Part shown: piece after piece, positions 56,510-64,000 of the stretch
Position numbering within the stretch: the stretch's first letter is position 1
Layout of the letters: every line of letters starts with the position of its first letter
Source of the DNA: Pocillopora damicornis
Taxonomy: Eukaryota
Direction: 5' to 3'
Assembly: GCF_003704095.1 (NCBI RefSeq)
Contig: NW_020844494.1
Span: 620,001-684,000 of the forward strand
DNA length: 64,000 bases
The notes under the pieces: model-generated
Databases searched by the model: none
Told to the model about the DNA's origin: nothing
Seen by the model: the letters and a program-made list of their open reading frames with translations, nothing else
Translations under genes and position numbers: made by a program

Positions 56510-58260
56510 TACGCTATTGTATATTGATTGAATACTCTCGACCAATCAGATTTTTCATAGTAAGTTTAATGCCTAATGATATGCAATTGCGTGTGAAGTT
56601 GACAGGATAGATGCAATATCTGCGGTGGATATTGCATTTATCAGAGAGACTCAAAATGGCTGAACACTTCGCCTCAGTTTCTGAGGAGAAATTAAAATTT
56701 TTGATTGAAAATAAAGATTCAAAAAACACCAAGAGAACAACAAAATGTTAAGATTCTAGATGATTATTTGAGGGAGAAGAACCTTGAGGAACCACAAGAT
56801 ATAACCCCTTTGGCCTGTGTTCTGAAGAAGTTGTGCGCCGAAGCTAGAAAAATTGATGGCAGCTCGTACTCAAAAAGTTCCATGACTTCTTTACGATTCG
56901 GACTTAACAGGCATTTCAAGACAAAAGGAACTGACATTATCAAAGACCCAGAATTCGTTGTGGCGAATAAAATATTTCTAGCGAGGTGTGTTGATTTAAA
57001 ACGGCAGGGTTTGGCCGAGGTTGAACACAAACCCGCTATTTTAGAAAACGACCTTCAAAAGCTGTACGAATACATGTTTTCAAATTAGATGATCCCAGAA
57101 CACTTCAAAACAGAGTTTTTTCGAGATTATGCTTTACTTTTGCCACCGTGGCCGGAAAAACCTTAGGGAGCTGAAAATAAAAGACTTTTCATTCACATGA
57201 AATGAAAAAGACGCTCGATATGTGTGCAAAACCGGCGATGAGTTGACAGAAAACAGGAGAGAAGACGATGAAGTCTTCAAACGTGAAATGGTGTTTGAAA
57301 AAGGTGGACTTTATTGTCCCGTTGCTTCTTTGGAACCCTACATAAAACATCTCAATCCCAAGAATGAGTTTTTGTTCCAAGGGTCAAAGAAAGGAAGTAA
57401 AATCGGAGCGGACGATGTTTGTTTTGATAATATGGCGGTTGGTGAGCGCACGCTCGCCGAGAAAATGAAAAATATCTCCAAGGAAGCAGAATTGTTAAGG
57501 GTTTATACAAATCACTCAATAAGGGTCACTCCAATCACAGCTTTGGAAACGTGTGGGTGTGAAGCCCGTCACATTATTGCTGATCATGATAGTGGCCACA
57601 AAAGTGAGTCGAGCATACAGAGTTACTACAAAACAGACACTGACACCAAAATCATTGATATCGTATATGTAAATTTTCCTGAATTTTGCCCAGCGGTTGA
57701 ATGAAGATCAAGATTTTAAAAAATAAACTAGGATGACGCAAAGACTCTGAAATAGCAAGCGGATTTAAAACCTGCGACTAAGAATCACTCTTATACAACA
57801 TGTGCTATTATTATAAATTAGAATTACTATGAAAAATGTGATTGTTCCAGAGCATTCAATCAATGTACAATAGGGTGTAAAGTTGACGTCGGCACAATAT
57901 CTGCAGCGAATATTGCTCTAATGATTTCGAGTTCAAATTCTACCTAGTTTCCAGGCCCCTCGTCCACGTTGTGTGATATTGTACGGTTATTTGGACAGTT
58001 GGTTATTTTGTACTGTAAAAAAAATCTGTTTCACCAACTGGTTGCACGCCTTAGCTTCGCTATCCGCTTTGCTTTTCCCGCCTTAAGAGAAATAAGCAGA
58101 AAGACTTAGCAGAAAAAAAGGCAGTTGGAAAATAGATTACTTATTAGACGTTTTAGTGTGTAGTATCGCTAAGTATTTTTACTCGTTGTTTGTATTTTGC
58201 CTTTACTTACAAGCTCGTAAAAATACTCAGCGATACTACAACAAAACGTGTAATAAGATA
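56510..58260 (+). mobile_element. Crypton-like tyrosine recombinase (DUF3504-type) element, frameshifted; coding relic 56656-57704
   Basis: EARKIDGSSYSKSSMTSLRFGLNRHF, CHRGRKNLREL, CPV, YTNHSIRVT, SGHKSESSIQSY (R..HxxR..H..Y catalytic set) spread over 3 frames; terminal hairpin at ~58141-58256. Confidence 0.8.
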
Positions 58261-59940
58261 CGTCACTTTGCTCAATTGGGTTCAAACTGCCCCACAGAGA
58301 CACATACGGTAGAGAATGGACAATTAATAATACTTTGTCATCATAGAAACCACCATCATCTGATACTGAGATTACGTTAAACGACGCTTTTATCCACGTC
58401 AGCGTCTTTTTTGTTCCTCGATGTTATTTTCCTTAATTTTTTCCCGTTACATATTTAGTCTTATAAAAGCTAAAAATAAATTATGAAACCAAATGAACGA
58501 GAATTATCATGATTTTGGGTGATTCAAAATCCCTTGATCGAGATATCTCTTAAGGCGAGAAAAGAATGGGCACTTTTAAGACGAGACTGAAAATTCTACA
58601 AACAAACATTGATTAAAAAATTTGAGTGAAATGGTGGTCAAACGTTATGACTTTCGAACTTATTTGACGCCAGACTGTGCAACAAATTTGGCGAAAATCA
58701 AGCGGAGGTTTACGGAATACACCCTAACTGTTAATACTGCGTCCTCCTGTTTAATGGACCCGAGCTAAGGAAATGTAAGGTAAAAAATTGTTACAATTGA
58801 ACAAACGGATGCCATTTGAGCCAGCATTGATCGCTATGGTAAATATCGTGTATAATGTAAACAACGATAAGTGATGACGTAAATGTCAGGTCAGAGCGCT
58901 CGAGAAGCACTTAAGGAAAAAGATACATCTGAAGTCATTTGTTTTTACAAGTAAATAAAGCACGGCCGTCAAGAAAAGATTTCAATGACAAATGGGGGTT
59001 TAATTTTTTTAAAAGAATTATTTTGTTAGCTGTGACGTTTCCAAAATTTTAATCAGTATACATGTTTTCGTATTGATGTCTGGCTCTTCAAGAATTCAAC
59101 TAAAATTGAAACTTTTCAAACTTTCGTCCAAGCCTTTATCGCTATCTAGGCAGCTGGAACAATGAACCTTGCAACTGCGTCAAGAAAGATCGTTATCTAA
59201 TCTAAATTGTGACAAAACAAAGGAACATTTTGTTTCCTAATAATAATAATATTAATAGCCTACTCCGCCATACTTGATTAATCTTCTTTGTTTTAAACGA
59301 TCAATGAATCTAAACAACCAACAAAGATGTGGATTCAAGATCCCTTCTAGTTTGTTCGAAATATTTCAAATATTGGTGTTGTGTTTTAAATTAGAGTATT
59401 TTGTTTTCATGAAAGTTTTGCTAAGTTGGAAAAATAATCAGCAGTTCCTTTGTACATATTTTTACACGATCGCATTGTTAACTTACAGAGTCTAATACAG
59501 TCTTAAGTAGTTATCTACCCCCGCGGAGGTGATTATAACCACTGTTAGCATCATTTTGTTTACGGCAAATAACGAACTGTTTGCCATTTAGTTGTGTAAA
59601 GTAAATTCTTCTCGCAAACTTTTGTGCCGTCGGGTTTTCAGTTGTTTGAAAATGTCGTTCAATGAGAATTTAAAATAATGTACAAATGCAGTCCTGCTCG
59701 AGAATAGTAATAGTACGTATTTGACACCTTTAAACAAAGTACAAAGAGTCTTGGCTTGTATTATACACGTGGCGTTTCATACAGCTTTGACTTCCCTGTC
59801 GTTGATGTCAACAAAGTCTCCTTATCAACAGAAATACCTCGCAAACTGAGTTCACACAGTGAGCTTGAGACACCTCGCTTAACGGTGGTGTTATTCACGA
59901 TTTTGTGTCAAATTGTTTCGGTGAAATCCGCAATTCAGTA

Positions 59941-60522
59941 TCATCTACGGTTTTCGTCATGATGATAAACACCATTCACTGTGAACAGATCTTCGTCCTC
60001 ATAGTTTGAGTTGACGTTTATAGCTCCCTTTGGCAGTATGAGTACATCATTACGGTGTAGCGATGGAACGCAGCTGGGTCGTTCCAACTGATTATGCCTC
60101 AGCTCAGCTTCCAAAGGTGGAAGATTGGTTGAAAGAAGCGAAACTCGTCGCTCTTTCCTACAAGTATCACTTCTAGCAGGTGAAGCTGCCAAGCGATCAC
60201 CGGGTGAACGACCCTCGCGTTCAAGCAGAGGTGCATCGCTTAACGATCTCCATCGATATTTCGGAATGAAGTCGGCCTCTTCGTTGTTCAAGTCAGCGGG
60301 ACAACTTCGTCTCTTCGCAGTGCCTGGATCGACTCGAATCGATGGCAAGGGTTCGTTCGGTCGGGTTACCGAAGCTCTTCTCAGCAAGCCTTCATCAAAG
60401 AGAACGTTTGAGTCAACATCTTCTTCCGCTCGCTTTCGAATAATTTCGAGGACTTCCTTTGTGTGTTCTTTAGTTGGTCTGTTGCGTAAAGCTCTATTTC
60501 TGATCTCTTCCGTGTTTCTCAT
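59941..60522 (-). CDS. Uncharacterised ~193-aa basic disordered protein rich in RRxS motifs
   Basis: Open frame from ATG 60522 (MRNTEEIR) after an acceptor at ~60565; RRAS, RRSC, RWRSLS, RRVS. Confidence 0.6.
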   Translation of the reverse strand: MRNTEEIRNRALRNRPTKEHTKEVLEIIRKRAEEDVDSNVLFDEGLLRRASVTRPNEPLPSIRVDPGTAKRRSCPADLNNEEADFIPKYRWRSLSDAPLLEREGRSPGDRLAASPARSDTCRKERRVSLLSTNLPPLEAELRHNQLERPSCVPSLHRNDVLILPKGAINVNSNYEDEDLFTVNGVYHHDENRR

Positions 60523-63412
60523 ACCGCTATAGTTGGCAAACGTTAATCGAAGATGACTGTTTCCTAGATTAAACCACGTCAACGGTTTAAGAGCGAATGA
60601 CTCATTTTATCTTCAAAGTCCTTGTTATAACAGTTTGTATCCAAAACAATAAAAACTTGCGTCAAATGAGCTATTAATGTTCTATTCCGCCTGGGATAAT
60701 AGCGGTTAAATGCAACGTAACCTACCCATCTTAAACGAACCGTTTCTGAGTCAAATAATGACGCTGCCACGGCCACGACACACCAGTAGTGAGACTAATA
60801 TCACTAAACGCTGAGTAAAGGGCAGAGCTAATTAAGACGGTCCAATAGCTAATGTCAAAGTGTGACCTCTTAAAAACCCATTGTTTCATAGCCTAAGGGA
60901 CTTTAGGCTAATTAATCGTCATTTATGTATAGAATAAAAATTTGTTAACGAACACAGAACAATAGATTTACTGGGGTTTATTAAGCTCCGCTCTCTCCAA
61001 TTGTGCCCTTAAACGACGCCTTAATCTTTTGCACAAATTGATCAAAGAAAGAAACATTGCTATTAGCTTTGTCTTTGAAAAGTCTGAAAAGCTTAGGAAA
61101 TATCTTGTCGGGAATCGATTGAAAGCATTTTTACGACCGAAAAAATATGTCGGCCAAAATGTTAGGACGTGAATTAATGTCTCTTCATAATTGAAGTAAG
61201 ATTCATGATTCCGGAACTACTGTATTTTCTCTAATCACTGCGAAATACTATAATGGAGGTTTGAGGGAAGACTCTTGTTGTGACAGACGCAGTTTTATGA
61301 CCGCAATTAGTGGGTCAAACACTGCATGTGTGTATCAACATAGTGTGTTTTAAAATCTTTAGAACCCATTACCAAACATGAATGTTAAAATCATATACGT
61401 CAACATAAGCACTCTTATTGAGGGACAATTTGTTTTCTTGAATTTTAAATTTCCATGCATCTAAGTTGCCTTGTTTCGGGTAAATAGTAAAATAAACCCA
61501 ATGGAACTGTTTGGATGACTTGAGACAAAAGCAAGTGTTATTTTGAGATAAACAGCAAATGTTTCAACCTGATTTTAAAACAAAATAGCCCTGTTTACAC
61601 CACTTTCATCTTATAACTTAAGATTATTCTGACACGGATAGATATTCGAGAACACTTAGAGATACTGCACTAAGGTTATTGAAGAATACTTACTGGTATG
61701 TTCTTACAAATATGAACCAGATTTATTTCTTTTGTGTACTGTACTCGTGTTCTATTACGGTTCATGTGAAAATGTACTTCTTTAAGATGTGGATGAATGT
61801 CCCTTCGCTATCCAGCTCTTTTTGATTACTCCTTCTGTTCTTCCTTTGACACAATTGATACAAGAGTAAATTATTTCCTAAAGTCCAGATGATGAAATAA
61901 TGAATGACAAGCCTATATTCAAACAGAAGAAGGCTAATGGCCAATAATGGTTTCAAATGAAATGGATTACAGTCTTTGTTTTGTTGAACCTTACAATTCC
62001 TGAGGAGAGTACAACATGAGAACTAAACTATGACTTTGTGTTAAGAAAACCGGAAGTCACAGACCGAGTTTAGTCTCGTCGTAAGTATTTAATTGACCAT
62101 GATACTTCTTGGTTGGTCAATAAAAAGCTAACGGTTTCCGTTTGGCTACGTGAAATTTCAATAGTTGTTTTCATCTTTCTCTCAAAACAATGCAATCATT
62201 AATAAATGAGGTGAGGGTGGGGAACAATTAAAATTTTTTGAATACAATACCATTGGGAAATTCTAGAAACTTCATTCGATTTTTTTAATTACGAAAAATA
62301 ATTTACATATACACATCATTCCTTTTCAGAGGAACGCAGGAGATGTAAGGTAAACTGAATTTAAGCTTAGAAGTACAATCAAGTAAAAGTTCCCCAAGTG
62401 CTTACATCTAGAACTAAAAATTTTTGTTTTCAGCATATGACCCTGGCATTAGCCCGATTCTAACAGTGTATTGGAACATTCCTCCAACTGAAAACGGTCT
62501 CATGCGTTGGACTTAGGCTTTATTTTGAAATCTCAAGTCAGGGTTGTTTGAACGACTGCGATGCACTAACCTAGTTCATTGTATCTGTTGCCTTTTACGA
62601 TACTTATGTAAGGGGTTTTGCATAAGGAAGATTAACAAGGCTAAAAGTTGATATCACACAAAATTGTGATTTTGTGCATTAAAGCATAACCATTAAACAA
62701 CTTCAGAATTTAATTAATATATATATATATGCTTTTATGATCGTGACAACAACCCCCTGTCGCTAAGCACTGTTTGACCTCTTTTGATCTGTATCCTGGT
62801 TACATGTTCAAGACGCGAAACTGAATAAAATCAAATACTTTATCTTGTTTCTAGAAGAAATTGTCTTCAAGAGCGCGCCAGTTTAGATTAAGGACGCTTT
62901 AAATGGGAGGACGTTACCTGCAACGATACCTGTTGGCAATGACAAGAATACAGATAACGTTAACTATGAAAGGTATGTGGCCATTGTAGTTAGTTTCATC
63001 GTTGCAGGTTGCTACTATTGCAAAACACTCGAACTCAACCCAACGAGAAAAAGCGGCAGAATGTTAAGCTGTGAATGTTACAATATACACCCTAACTCAG
63101 TTGAAATGGGTCAAGTTTGAAAAAGAGCCTTGACGAACTTGGAAATGGCGCCATAAAAAATCGTGGCCGGTTTTATAAATTTAATCGCACAACATTAAAG
63201 ATCGATATATGTGCTCAGATGACCATCCAAAACAGCCATGTTGCCGCTAGCAGCCTCTGTGACTTCCTTCGTCTCGTAGCCGTGGTTACTGACTACAGGT
63301 GGAACTTTGCCTTAGTATTGTTGTTAGAAAATATATATTTATATTTAATTGTGGGAAATTGTACCAAATGCTGTAGGAAAGTGCTCAATACACGCGAGTG
63401 TAGAGCGAAATA

Positions 63413-63573
63413 CAGTTCAAAATAACTAAAATGAAACGCGCATGATTCTCTGTTACTCTGAGTTTCGTACTTACGCACTCGTCAGACAGATTAAATCTGT
63501 CTGACGAGTGCGTAAGCACGAAACTCAGAGTAACAGAGGATCATGCGTGTTTCATTTTAGTTATTTTGAACTA
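63413..63573. mobile_element. 161-bp near-perfect foldback, Tc1/mariner-like MITE
   Basis: 80-bp arms with a 1-nt centre (GACAGATT-A-AATCTGTC); CAGT.. terminus; TA on both sides (63411-63412, 63574-63575). Confidence 0.8.
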
Positions 63574-64000
63574 TATTTGTATTTATGTATCCCTAGCAAC
63601 AAGGCAGATCATTCAAAAACTAAGGAGATTTTGATCACTCCTAATGGGATTTTCAACTCGTCTTCTGACAACGCATCAAACTTCAGTTTGTTTTCTTTAG
63701 ATGGCAGTAAATAACCGATATGGGCATCTTAAGATGGAAAGAAAAAGAAAAGAGCAGGATAAATCTACCCTCAGAGGTATGTTGCTGTACTTTCAGCCAA
63801 TTAATTTAAAGTTGATCACTTGCCATAAAATTTGAAAGTTTCATTTAATTACCGTTTAGGGTAAGTTTAGGGGTAATCATGCAGGCAGTTGTAATAAAGC
63901 TCTACAATGACAAGAAAACAGAAAATGCGTGTACAGTCGAGAATACTTTTAAAAACTACTTCTTCTGCCTTATCAAGGGAATAGTTTAGACATCACTCGT

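Noticed and set aside
63293-63714. Two similar ORFs on opposite strands (MRKYETQSNR / MRKHETQSNR)
   Set aside because: Mirror translations of the foldback element's two arms.
1-64000. tRNA or rRNA genes
   Set aside because: None recognised; only decayed SINE-like fragments (~1100-1200, ~23400-23680).

Overview
AT-rich, intron-containing animal DNA. Gene content and repeat families point to a scleractinian coral (inference). I reconstructed exons by hand from GT/GC-AG junctions and reading frame. Genes in order: 3' half of STIP1/Hop (+); a 582-aa ubiquitin-like + helical-repeat protein (+); HEXIM (+); a heparan-sulfate 6-O-sulfotransferase (+); FAM98 (-) head-to-head with PSMD8/Rpn12 (+); a 640-aa secreted W-rich beta-propeller lectin-like protein (-); a TM-RING protein (-); a class I SAM methyltransferase (+); a 620-aa secreted PAN-EGF-glycine-rich protein (-) with a decayed tandem paralog upstream; two tandem BK-channel beta-subunit-like (KCNMB/CaKB) genes (+); a hidden 52-aa secreted cationic peptide gene (-); and two orphan disordered proteins (-). 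Mobile DNA includes a defective piggyBac, a Penelope GIY-YIG fragment split by a hAT-like MITE, Penelope-type minimal hammerhead ribozyme motifs, a LINE 3' end, a Crypton relic and several MITEs. Best leads: an ITAM-like tail on one KCNMB-like protein, the spliced micro-peptide, an HS6ST lacking the usual catalytic His, a HEXIM with PQNT instead of PYNT plus an in-frame upstream stop, and two secreted proteins with bacterial-looking modules. No searches were run; family calls rest on motif recognition.
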